Assembly (NCBI GenBank): GCA_002269645.1
Contig: NIVC01000754.1
Coordinates: 385,520 to 449,519 of the forward strand
Length of the DNA: 64,000 nucleotides
Direction: 5' to 3'
Source: Macrostomum lignano
Lineage: Eukaryota
The translations under genes were made by a program, and so were the position numbers. The notes under the pieces are model-generated. The model ran no database searches. It was not told the origin of the DNA and saw only the letters and a list, made by a program, of their open reading frames with translations. Below are positions 12,468 through 22,800 of the stretch, one piece after another (the first letter of the stretch is position 1; every line of letters starts with the position of its first letter).

Positions 12468-13639
12468 GCCTCTCAAAGCCGGGTGACGTCTCAGTGAAGA
12501 TTTTTTCTGAAGGAACTTGTTGTCAAATTGTTGTTAAAATGTACTCTTTATTCAGAATTTGACAGACCGTGATGATACGAAGTACGTTTTTCACCGGTCT
12601 CCTGCCCTTTAGGCCTATTTAATCTCGTCTTTTACGTCGTACTTTTTCGGTAGATTGATTTAAACAGTGTTTATTTGTTAAATTTTTTGTTTGTATTCTT
12701 GAAATCTCAAAAACTGATTGCTGTTTTTTCGTTCTTGTTTTAGATGTGAAATCGAGCATCTTAAGATTCTGTGAACTGTGCTTTTGTGCTTAAAAGAATA
12801 TTTATTTGTAACTACGCAATAATATATCTGCTTATTTCAAAATATTTATCAATTTTGCCCCCACCCTTGTGTTGTCGCTAAGGAAAAAATTGTGTCGCTA
12901 AAAGTGCATAAAAATGACGATGCTGTAAATATTTGAAACCGTTTTTTATTTATCCTAAATCCTTAGATATAGATTAATGCCTTAATTCATAGTCTTTCGT
13001 GTAGTAGCAAGCCGTGTGTGCGATGAAATGCAAGCTGCTAGACAATGAATGGAGCGGCTTCTCCCTCAGATCTGATGTGCCGAAAAGGTGCTTGGCATAT
13101 TTTTACAACCCTGGGTCGCGCCTGGCCCAACCAACAAAAGGCTTGCACAACAATGGGCATAGAGTGAGTTCAATAGCGGCTTTAACTGCAAGCGGTTACC
13201 ATAGTAACTGTACAGGAAATTGTCCAGGCCTCTCGGGCGCTGCTATGCTGATGTTCAATATTAAATTATAACAGTACTGTACAGTTTAACTGCCACACAC
13301 TTCCGTCTCCTCTCCCTGTACTGTACACACCGCTTTATCGATCGTCCCAAACCCCTTCTTGACTCCTAATTCCAGCCACCCCTGTCCCTTTATCTCTAAA
13401 TAGGATGTCATTGGTTACGCTCAGGACAGGCTTCTTGCTCCAATACCTGGCTGCTCCTGCATTCTCGTTAATTTCACCCAGTAACAATAACAATAAAAAA
13501 TAGTTCTGCCCGCGACTCTATAGACCATAGCGCTCACGTGATTTAAATTTTTTTTGTGCTTTAAAAGTACGTATAGAGTGAAACCATCTGCAACTATTAC
13601 TGTTGTTAGTAGGCATTTGTGATTCGTTAGTGGCTTTAG

Positions 13640-13760
13640 CACAAGGGGGCTTTAGCATTAATGGCTTTAGCACTAGGAGCTTTAGCACCAAGGGGCTTTA
13701 GCACCAGGGGTTTAGCACCAGGGGTTTAGCACCAGGGGGCTTTAGCACCAGGGCTCCAGC
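13640..13760. repeat. GGGCTTTAGCACCA-like 14-16-bp tandem repeat
   Basis: About 8 copies visible. Confidence 0.85.
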
Positions 13761-14059
13761 TCAGTTCTAAGATAATCGATTGTTATCGTCACTTCATTTC
13801 AGAATTTCGAACCACTTGAGGTACTAAATTCACTAATAAATCGAAATTCTGGTCACTAAATATATCAAGCAGTTGGTCGGACCCGCAAAACTCATCCTTA
13901 CTATACACCAGAATTTAGAAATACCCGAATAGAGATTCCCTTTTCCATTTAAAGAAGTATTGTAGTATGAATGGAAAATAATAGCAATTCCTTAATATTT
14001 CAGCCAATTACTTTCTCACTGAAATTGACGGACAATAATAGAACGAAGACCTCAAAAGA

Positions 14060-14262
14060 GGAGACAGGAGAGCAGATGAGATGAGAGAGGAGAGGAGAGG
14101 AGATGAAAGGAAAGGAGAGCAGAGGAGGGGGGAGAGGAGAAGAGGAGAGGACAGGAGAGGTGAGAAGATGAGAGGAGAGCAGAGGAGAGGAGAGAGGAGG
14201 AGAGGAGAGAAGAGAGGAGAGAAGGAAAGGAGAGGAGAGAAGGGAAGAGGGAAGAGGAGATT
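14060..14262. repeat. GA-rich low-complexity tract (GAGAG/GAGGA)
   Basis: Directly visible. Confidence 0.9.
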
Positions 14263-14266
14263 CGAC

Positions 14267-14450
14267 TAGGGAGCTGCAAAGAGACACAAACCTCGTGCGG
14301 GCCGGATTGCAATGCTAATGCGAAGTTTTAAAGGACCAGAGAGCCAGACAAGGACTACTTAACAACAACAATGTTAAGTAGTACTTGGAGCCGGATAGAT
14401 AGCCTTCGCGGGCCGCATGTGGGCCGCGGGCCAATGTTTGCTGTCCCCTA
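14267..14450. mobile_element. Possible hAT (Charlie-like) MITE remnant
   Basis: Right end GCCGGATAGATAGCCTTCGCGGGCCGCATGTGGGCCGCGGGCCAATGTTTGCTGTCCCCTA resembles Charlie-type termini. Left TAGGGAGCTGCAAA matches its reverse complement at 11/14 positions. No 8-bp TSD seen. Confidence 0.45.
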
Positions 14451-14628
14451 CCTTAAAAGACAAATAAAAGTGCATTGATGACGCATTGCAAAATTGTACA
14501 GTATTATTCTCTATCTCCTACTTACGTCAGTAGCAAAAAGCTATTGCACGGAAAAAGAAATGACAAGTAATGTACGAGTACTTCTAGAATAGAGTAAGAG
14601 ATGGTAGGATAAAGTAACCCCCATTCTC

Positions 14629-16395
14629 ATGGCAACCTGCACAAGCCTACAAAAGCAGTCACTGGGGCAGGTGCGCTAGTGGAGCGGATTCTGCTTTTTG
14701 TGCAAGCCAGCTCAGCTAAGAGATTTGACAAGTCCAATGTCTTCTAAAAGAGCCACTGGTGTTGCAAGTCTCAATTTGGAAGTGAAAGAAATGTCTTCTA
14801 AAAGAGCCACTGGTGTTGCAAGTCACAATTTGGAAGTGGAAGCAAAGCTTAGCGGCACTACACGGTCCACTAGCCAATCTTCTAGTAATTATTCGACCCG
14901 AAGAACAAGAACACAGGTTGACGATGTGGATGAGCTATCAAATTACGAGAAACAGGAAAATTAGTATGTTTTTTACACAAATTTTGAAGAAGTCTCGTAT
15001 TTTTCGTCTTTAAAAAGTTAATAAAATTTGGCCAATATTGTTTGAGCAGCCGGAGTACGTCGTACGCAAAACCTCGGGAGACGGACATTAACAATCCTGG
15101 GAGTTACGAGAGTCCAGACCTGTATCCACAAGGTGCCACCGGAGTCTCTCGAAAAAGTGGAGGACCGTCAATATGGTAATCTCAGAAGCTTCTCTCTGAA
15201 ACTCTCTGAGTGTTCACTGAATGATTTCTTTCGTACTCGTATTTTAGGCTAGACGAGGACTACTACAAAGTGACCAATCCTCAAGGATTCTGCATCATTG
15301 TCAACATCAACAAGTACACGGCTACTAGCGATATCACAGTCAGCCACGAGGAGCGCGAAGGTTTCCAGCGGGATGTAGATCGAGTGACCGAACTCTTTGG
15401 GAAGCTCCAATTCCGCGTCAAAAAGCAGGAGGACCTCACTGCCGAGGAGATCGACGACTTTCTCAGCGAGGTGAAGCGATCGAAAGAGCTGGCCAGACAC
15501 GGCAGCTTTGTTTGCTTTTTTATGGCTCACGGCAGCCACGACTGCATATACGGCAGCGACGGCGTCCCGTATGAGATCCGTAAACTTACCGAGAGGTTTC
15601 AGGTTAGCATTGAACATTCTGTCTGAACTCCTTGTTATTAGCAATTGGAAGAATGATCTTGCCCGACATTTGAGCACGCAGCCAAACCCAGAATTCCACA
15701 CAGCTGGTGCACATATGCATCGTCTCTTTCATCGACGGACCTCTCGGCTGATGACGGTACATGTACAGTGTTCTACATACTCTAGCACAATGGTGGCATG
15801 AGTCAAAGAAACTTCCACTTGCTGAGATGCCGTTAAATTTACTTTTGCTCTGGTCTGCTTTTTTAAAAACATATTTTGTTCAAGCAATCTTAGCCTATGC
15901 TCAACCATACCTTCTCAGGCCTCCGTCTGCAAAAGTCTGGCTGGGAAGCCAAAGATTTTCTTCATCCAGGCCTGCCGCGGCAACAGAATCGGTAGTCGGA
16001 GCTCAAGAATGAAAACTGACAAGCTTTCTGCGCCAGCCTGCCGAAATGCTGCATCGGCAGTCGAATACTCCACTATGAGAACTGATGAGCCGCCAGCCCC
16101 AGTGCTCGACCCGGCCATCCACCCCGCTGAAGGAGACTTCCTGCTCTGCTTCGCCAACACCCCGGGCTCAGTGGCGTTCCGAGACACCGCCGAAGGCTCC
16201 GTATTTGTGCAGACTCTGTGCAGTTATATTGAAACAGATTTCAAGCGGCACGATCTCGGCTACATCATGACCAAGGTGAACCGGCACCTGCAGAAGGAGC
16301 CAGTCCAGATCGATAACAAACTGTACCACGTCGTACCGCAGAAGGTTGACCAGCTCGCTTATAAAGTCAGTCTCGATCCCAGGAGGGCTCTTTAG
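14629..16395 (+). CDS. Caspase (peptidase C14A, ~418 aa) with Ser/Thr-rich prodomain; tandem paralog of the upstream caspase
   Basis: Exons 14629-14670 (tentative), 14707-14963, 15050-15175, 15248-15602, 15919-16395, frame intact. Motifs GFCIIVNI, REG..RD, FFMAHG, KPKIFFIQACRG, DFLLCFANTPGSVAFR. Same intron positions as the upstream caspase domain. Confidence 0.88.
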
Positions 16396-16560
16396 AAACT
16401 GAGACTGCAGCTTAAATGATAGCAAAAATTTGACAAAAGCAAAATAAACTTTTTTTGCTTGATCAAAACTTTTTTATCCGTTTGTAACCTTCTGTAACCA
16501 GCATATTGATACATATCTGCGAGTATATTCAATTTATGAACAAGTTAAGTTTAACCCAAG

Positions 16561-16850
16561 GGGGTTGCAGCCTTTGTGGTTAGAGCGTCTGACACACGAC
16601 TGAAAGGTCGGGGGTTCGATTCTCGACCCATTCGCGACAATTTTTGTCCTTGAGCAGGACGCTTAACTCTACATTGCTTCAGTTCACCCAGCTGTAGAAT
16701 GGCTGCCAGCATTAGCTGGGGTAATTGACTGTGGCGACCCCCCCCCCCCCAGTGCTTGGACTGAACAGCCGTACGCAGCCTTCAGATGCACCGCGCAATA
16801 GCTGTCGGTTGCTCATCCGCCCATTTGGGCAAATGTAATTAAATAATGTT
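16561..16850 (+). mobile_element. tRNA-derived SINE with CORE-like central domain
   Basis: A-box TGGTTAGAGCG and B-box GGTTCGATTC. 16644-16702 TGTCCTTGAGCAGGACGCTTAACTCTACATTGCTTCAGTTCACCCAGCTGTAGAATGG resembles the CORE/MIR consensus as I recall it. AT-rich tail. Confidence 0.75.
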
Positions 16851-17017
16851 TTAATTTTAATTTTAACAATTATAATTAAACCTCTTTAGCCTCTATAAAA
16901 CTCGAAAAAATGCCTCGTATTCCCTGGTTTTAAATTTTGCAACGCACCGTACAATGTATACAATATTTTTGCCTCTAATATAAATGTATTATCGATACCA
17001 AATCCGCGAATTTACTG

Positions 17018-17391
17018 ATGGAACGGCAAATTTTGTTTGGGATTTGTTCCCTAATTCTGTTTTCAATCTTATCAAGCGCTGAGGCAAGATCTACCGCTAT
17101 TATACAGCGTTGAGTAAATTAAACCTGACAGAGATGTATTCCTTGATCCCATTCCTTGGCTACAACCCACACCCACACTTAGGGGTTCTCGGGTTCGCTA
17201 ACGCTTTCGAACTCAAATTCCATCCTGCATCAGAAAGCCCTGGTGTGCTCACAATCAGAATCCAATATAGCTCTGACAGCAATATTGATGGAGATGATGG
17301 ATATTGGGATAACAATGGCTCTATTGCCTAGTTAAGAATTTACAACATCAACTGCAGGCTGCCTAACTAAGGCTATCGTATGAGTGCACAC
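17018..17391 (+). pseudogene. Frameshifted candidate secreted protein with a CBM21/CBM25-like YWDNNG motif
   Basis: MERQILFGICSLILFSILSSAEA looks like a signal peptide. Adding one T at ~17110 joins it to ORF 17110-17331 (..IRIQY..GYWDNNG). A KNYNINC-like reading follows only after further frame changes. Confidence 0.3.
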
Positions 17392-17544
17392 CAGCCACTA
17401 GGGTAAACCGAACCATGCTCTGCATTCAAAGTACATTAAATCCAGTTGCGTACACAGCAACTTTAACTGGAGGAGTGGCAACATTAATGGGGGTACCAAT
17501 ATTTGGTTTCTTAGTTCGCGCATCTATCTCGTACTTGTAGTTTG

Positions 17545-18365
17545 GTGCCCCTGTCTCTTGGTGTGGGTGCACTGTCTCTTGGTGTGGGTGCACTGTCTCT
17601 TGGTGGGTGTCCCTGTCTCTTGGTGTGGGTGTCCCTGTCTCTTGGTGTGGGTGCACTGTCTCTTGGTGGGTGTCCCTGTCTCTTGGTGTGGGTGCCCTGT
17701 CTCTTGGTGTGGGTGCACTGTCTCTTGGTGTGGGTGCCCTGTCTCTTGGTGTGGGTGCCCTGTCTCTTGGTGTGGGTGCCCTGTCTCTTGGTGGGTGTCC
17801 CTGTCTCTTAGTGGGTGTCCCTGTCTCTTGGTGAGTGTCCCTGTCTCTTGGTGTGGGTGCCCTGTCTCTTGGTGGGTGCCCCTGTCTCTTGGTGTGGGTG
17901 CCCTGTCTCTTGGTGTGGGTGCCCTGTCTCTTGGTGTGGGTGCACTGTCTCTTGGTGTGGGTGCCCTGTCTCTTGGTGTGGGTGCCCTGTCTCTTGGTGT
18001 GGGTGCACTGTCTCTTGGTGTGGGTGCCCTGTCTCTTGGTGTGGGTGCCCTGTCTCTTGGTGTGGGTGCCCTGTCTCTTGGTGGGTGTCCCTGTCTCTTA
18101 GTGGGTGTCCCTGTCTCTTGGTGAGTGTCCCTGTCTCTTGGTGGGTGTCCCTGTCTCTTGGTGGGTGTCCCTGTCTTCTGGTGTGGGTGCACTGTCTCTT
18201 GGTGGGTGTCCCTGTCTCTTGGTGGGTGCCCCTATCTCTTGGTGGGTGCCCCTATCTCTTGGTGGGTGCCCCTATCTTTTGGTGGGCGCCCCTTTCTTTT
18301 GGTGGGCGCCCCTGTGTTTTGGTGGGTGCCCCTGTCTCTTGGTGGGTGCCCCTATCTCTTGGTGA
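17545..18365. repeat. 19/21-bp minisatellite CCCTGTCTCTTGGTG(TG)GGTG(T)
   Basis: About 40 copies; source of many spurious ORFs. Confidence 0.97.
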
Positions 18366-18734
18366 AGCCACGGCTAATGCGCAAGAAAGTTGATAGGTTT
18401 ACAGTAATTTAACAACCCTTTATGTTCTACTGTCGCTAGTAGCATTGCTTGATTTATAACTCTGTAGTTTTGCAAAAACTATATAGTTAGAAGTTGTTGA
18501 CATGTATTAAAATATCGCTCGCGTTTAAACAAACAATAGAGCTTAAAGCGATGAATACATACTTCAACTGCAGAAAAATTGACTCATTCAAGAAGTTTAC
18601 TAACTGAAAAACTTTACCAAGACGGTTGAAAAAAAATGAACTTCATACAAAAGTGCGTTTTCTTTCAATCAATCATCTACACTGCATTTCGAGCTCCGAT
18701 CCTCCATTTTCTCCATGTTCCTTCCAGACACTCT

Positions 18735-19055
18735 CCCTATCTATCTCCCCCTCCCGCCTCTCTATCTCTTCCTCCCCGCCTCTCTATCTCCCCCTCCCGC
18801 CTCTCTATCTCTTCCTCCCCGCCTCTCTATCTCTCCCTTCCCGCCTCTCTATCTCTCCCTCCCCGCCTCTCTATCTCTCCCTCCCCGCTTCTCTATCTCT
18901 CCCTCCCCGCTTCTCTATCTCTCCCTTCCCGCCTCTCTATCTCTCCCTTCCCGCCTCTCTATCTCTCCCTCCCCGCCTCTCTATCTCTCCCTTCCCGCCT
19001 CTCTATCTCTCCCTCCCCGCCTCTCTATCTCTCCCTTCCCGCCTCTCTATCTCTC
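18735..19055. repeat. 21-bp CT-rich minisatellite CCCGCCTCTCTATCTCTCCCT
   Basis: About 15 copies visible. Confidence 0.95.
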
Positions 19056-19887
19056 CTAGGTCTCTTTAGTTTCGGTTAAGGGTTAATATTTAGAAGTTTT
19101 TAAAAGATACGCTCGTAGTATTATAACAATGTAAAATTTCGAGTTTATTAAAAATCGCTCCCTACTTGTGGATAGAGAAATTTTATTTGACTGCTTTTGT
19201 TTTGATTTTTTCAATTCAACATTTTTTAAGTTAGGTTAAGCAGTAACGTCAGTAATCCAAAATAATATCTTAAACGAGCAAAATCGTGTTTGTCCGAGAA
19301 TGCGGGTTTTCTTGAGAATTTACACACTTCGGGGGGCCGTCATATGGGGGCGCGGGTCTGAATGTACAGTCTATATCGTCTCTATAACCCCTCCCCACTG
19401 GGTCGGGTCCGTTAGCCCGCCTCCCCCTGGCACAGCGTACACTCGCGCACAAGCTGTCTCAGTGTACATTGGAGAGAAGAAAGAGAGAGAGAGAGTTTTT
19501 ATTACTGAACTTCCAAACCCAGAGGGCTGGGTGACCCCCTTTTCCAACTATTTATTAGTCGTTTTCAAGCGCAGCGTTCCTCCAGGCAATTACTATTTAG
19601 TTCCCACTTCCCGATATTAAGCCCCTGCAGCTCACGCAGGTAAATGACGCTTAGATTACGAAGATAAGAAAGGAGACAAAGTCAAAGAAGAGCAGAAGAT
19701 CACAGCGCGCAGAGCAGGAGACGCAACAGCTGTTCTGTTGCCTTTGCCTTGCTGCGTAAGCTTTTGTGGTTAAAATGATTTGCAATGCGAGTATTGCAGC
19801 TATTGCTTGTTCTGACTGCGGCTCAACACGCATAGTTCTGTCATTTTACAATCAGAAATCGTTCATCCAGCCCATAGCAGCAAAGTT

Positions 19888-22800
19888 ATGAGCAGTGCAA
19901 CTATTAAAAGTCAACAATCTGCATTGGAGCAGTCGCTTCCATCGATTGAACTGCTAGCATATGCTGCATGGTTTGTCATCGTGCTGGCTAGCGTGGGCCA
20001 TGCTTTCAAGACTCAGATTATTCCTGAGAGCCGTGAGTAGCTATTTCTATTTTAGCTCTGAAGCCTGTTGATTCATGCTCCGTTCTCAGATCCTCAGTTG
20101 CTGGGTCAGCCTCCCAGATCCTCAGTTGCTTGGCCAGCCTCCCAGATCCTCAGTTGCTGGGCCAGCCTCCCAGAGTGTCAGTTGCTGGGCCAGCCTCCCA
20201 GAGTGTCAGTTGCTGGGCCAGCCTCCCAGATCCTCAGTTGCTGGGCCAGCCTCCCAGAGTGTCAGTTGCTGGGCCAGCCTCCCAGAGTGTCAGTTGCTGG
20301 GCCAGCCTCCCAGATCCTCAGTTGCTGGGCCAGCCTCCCAGATCCCCAGTTGCTGGGCCAGCCTCCCAGATCCTCAGTTGCTGGGCCAGCCTCCCAGGTC
20401 CCCAGTTGCTGGGCCAGCCTCCCAGATCCCCAGTTGCTGGGCCAGCCTCCCAGATCCCCAGTTGCTGGGCAGCTGGGCCAGCCTCCCAGATCCTCAGTAG
20501 CTGGGCCAGCCTCTCCCAGATCCCCAGTTGCTGGGCCAGCCTCCCAGATCCTCAGTTGCTGGGCCAGCCTCCCAGATCCCCAGTTGCTGGGCCAGCCTCC
20601 CAGATCCTCAGTTGCTGGGCCAGCCTCCCAGAGTGTCAGTTGCTGGGCCAGCCTCCCAGAGTGTCAGTTGCTGGGCCAGCCTCCCAGAGTGTCAGTTGCT
20701 GGGCCAGCCTCCCAGATCCTCAGTTGCTGGGCCAGCCTCCCAGAGTGTCAGTTGCTAGGCCAGCCTCCCAGAGTGTCAGTTGCTGGGCCAGCCTCCCAGA
20801 TCCTCAGTTGCTGGGCCAGCCTCCCAGATCCCCAGTTGCTGGGCCAGCCTCCCAGATCCTCAGTTGCTGGGCCAGCCTCCCAGGTCCCCAGTTGCTGGGC
20901 CAGCCTCCCAGATCCCCAGTTGCTGGGCCAGCCTCCCAGATCCCCAGTTGCTGGGCAGCTGGGCCAGCCTCCCAGATCCTCAGTAGCTGGGCCAGCCTCT
21001 CCCAGATCCCCAGTTGCTGGGCCAGCCTCCCAGATCCTCAGTTGCTGGGCCAGCCTTCCAGATCCTCAGTTGCTGGGCCAGCCTTCCAGATTCTCAGTTG
21101 CTGGGCCAGCCTCCCAGATCCCCAGTTGCTGGGCGAGCCTCCCAGAGTGTCAGTTGCTGGGCCAGCCTCCCGGATCCTCAGTTGCTGGGCCAGCCTCCCA
21201 GATCCCCAGTTGCTGGGCCAGCCTCCCAGATCCCCAGTTACTGCGCTGCCAGCCTCCCAGATCCCCAGTTGCTGCGCTGCCAGCCTCCCAGATCCCCAGT
21301 TACTGCGCTGCCAGCCTCCCAGATCCTCAGTTGCTGGGCCAGCCTCCCAGAACCCCAGTTGCTGGGCCAGCCTCCCAGATCCCCAGTTGCTGGGCCAGCC
21401 TCCCAGATCCCCAGTTGCTGGGCTACAGCACTCAAGATCACTGCAAGACCCGGAGACCGCATCACCTTCCAGTTCTTCGCCTGGACGCGGCAAGTCTGAC
21501 GGACGGTATGTTCGGATACAAAATGGTATGAAAACAAATTCGTCATAATTTGTTCTCAAGACTTTGTTTTTTTTAAGCCCGACTTCAATCGATTAAATCG
21601 CGCGCAATTATTGCAGGACAACACCTTTATTGACTGGAATCTCTACCTGAGTATGTTTGCTCCCATGCTGGCCTTGCTGGCCTTGCACCTGCTAATTAGC
21701 AGATTAGCGATGCGCTTCTGCAACGCCCAGGTACGAAAAAGGGTCAAAAAAGGTCATTCCAGTCGAAAGAAAAACACAATTTAGGTTTATTTTACTGAAA
21801 TACTGTGATATTTCGGGTTTATGATATTTCGGGTTTATGATATTTCGGGTTTGTGTGATATTTCGGGTTTATGATATTTCGGGTTTATGATATTTCGGGT
21901 TTGTGTGATATTTCGGGTTTATGATATTTCGGGTTTATGGTATTTCGGGTTTGTGTGATATTTCGGGTTTATGATATTTCGGGTTTATGATATTTCGGGT
22001 TTATGATATTTCGGGTTTATGATATTTCGGGTTTATGATATTTCGGGTTTGTGTGATATTTCGGGTTTATGATATTTCGGGTTTATGATATTTCGGGTTT
22101 GTGTGATATTTCGGGTTTATGATATTTCGGGTTTATGATATTTCGGGTTTATGATATTTCGGGTTTGTGTGATATTTCGGGTTTATGATATTTCGGGTTT
22201 ATGATATTTCGGGTTTGTGTGATATTTCGGGTTTATGATATTTCGGTTTATGATATTTCGGGTTTGTGTGATATTTCAGGTTTATGATATTTCGGGTTTA
22301 TGATATTTCAGGTTTTTTTGATATTTCGGGTTTGTGATATTTCAGGTTTGTGATATTTCGGGTTTGTGATATTTCAGGTTTGTGATATTTCGGGTTTGTG
22401 ATTTTTCGGATGTGTGATACTTAGGGTTTGTGATATTTCGGGTTTGTGATCTTTCGGGTTTTTGATTTTTCAGATGTGTGATATTTCGGGTTTTTGTTAT
22501 ATTTCGGGTTTGTGATCTTTCAGGTTTGTGTGATATTTCGGGTTAGTGAAATTTCGGGTTTGTGATTTTTCAGATGTGTGATATTTCGGGTTTGTGTGAT
22601 ATTTCGGGTTTGCGATATTTCGGGTTTGTGTGAAATTTCGGGTTTGTGATATTTCGGGTTTGTGTGATATTTCGGGTTTGTGATATTTCGGGACTCGGGT
22701 TTATGATGATATTTCGGGTTTGTGTGATATTTCGTGTTTGTGTGATATTTCGGGTTTGTGATATTTCGGGTTTGTGTGATATTTCGGGTTTGTGATATTT

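Noticed and set aside
16561-16640. Possible tRNA gene
   Set aside because: A/B boxes are present, but I could not form a proper acceptor stem and it runs straight into a CORE-like body, so it is read as a SINE head.
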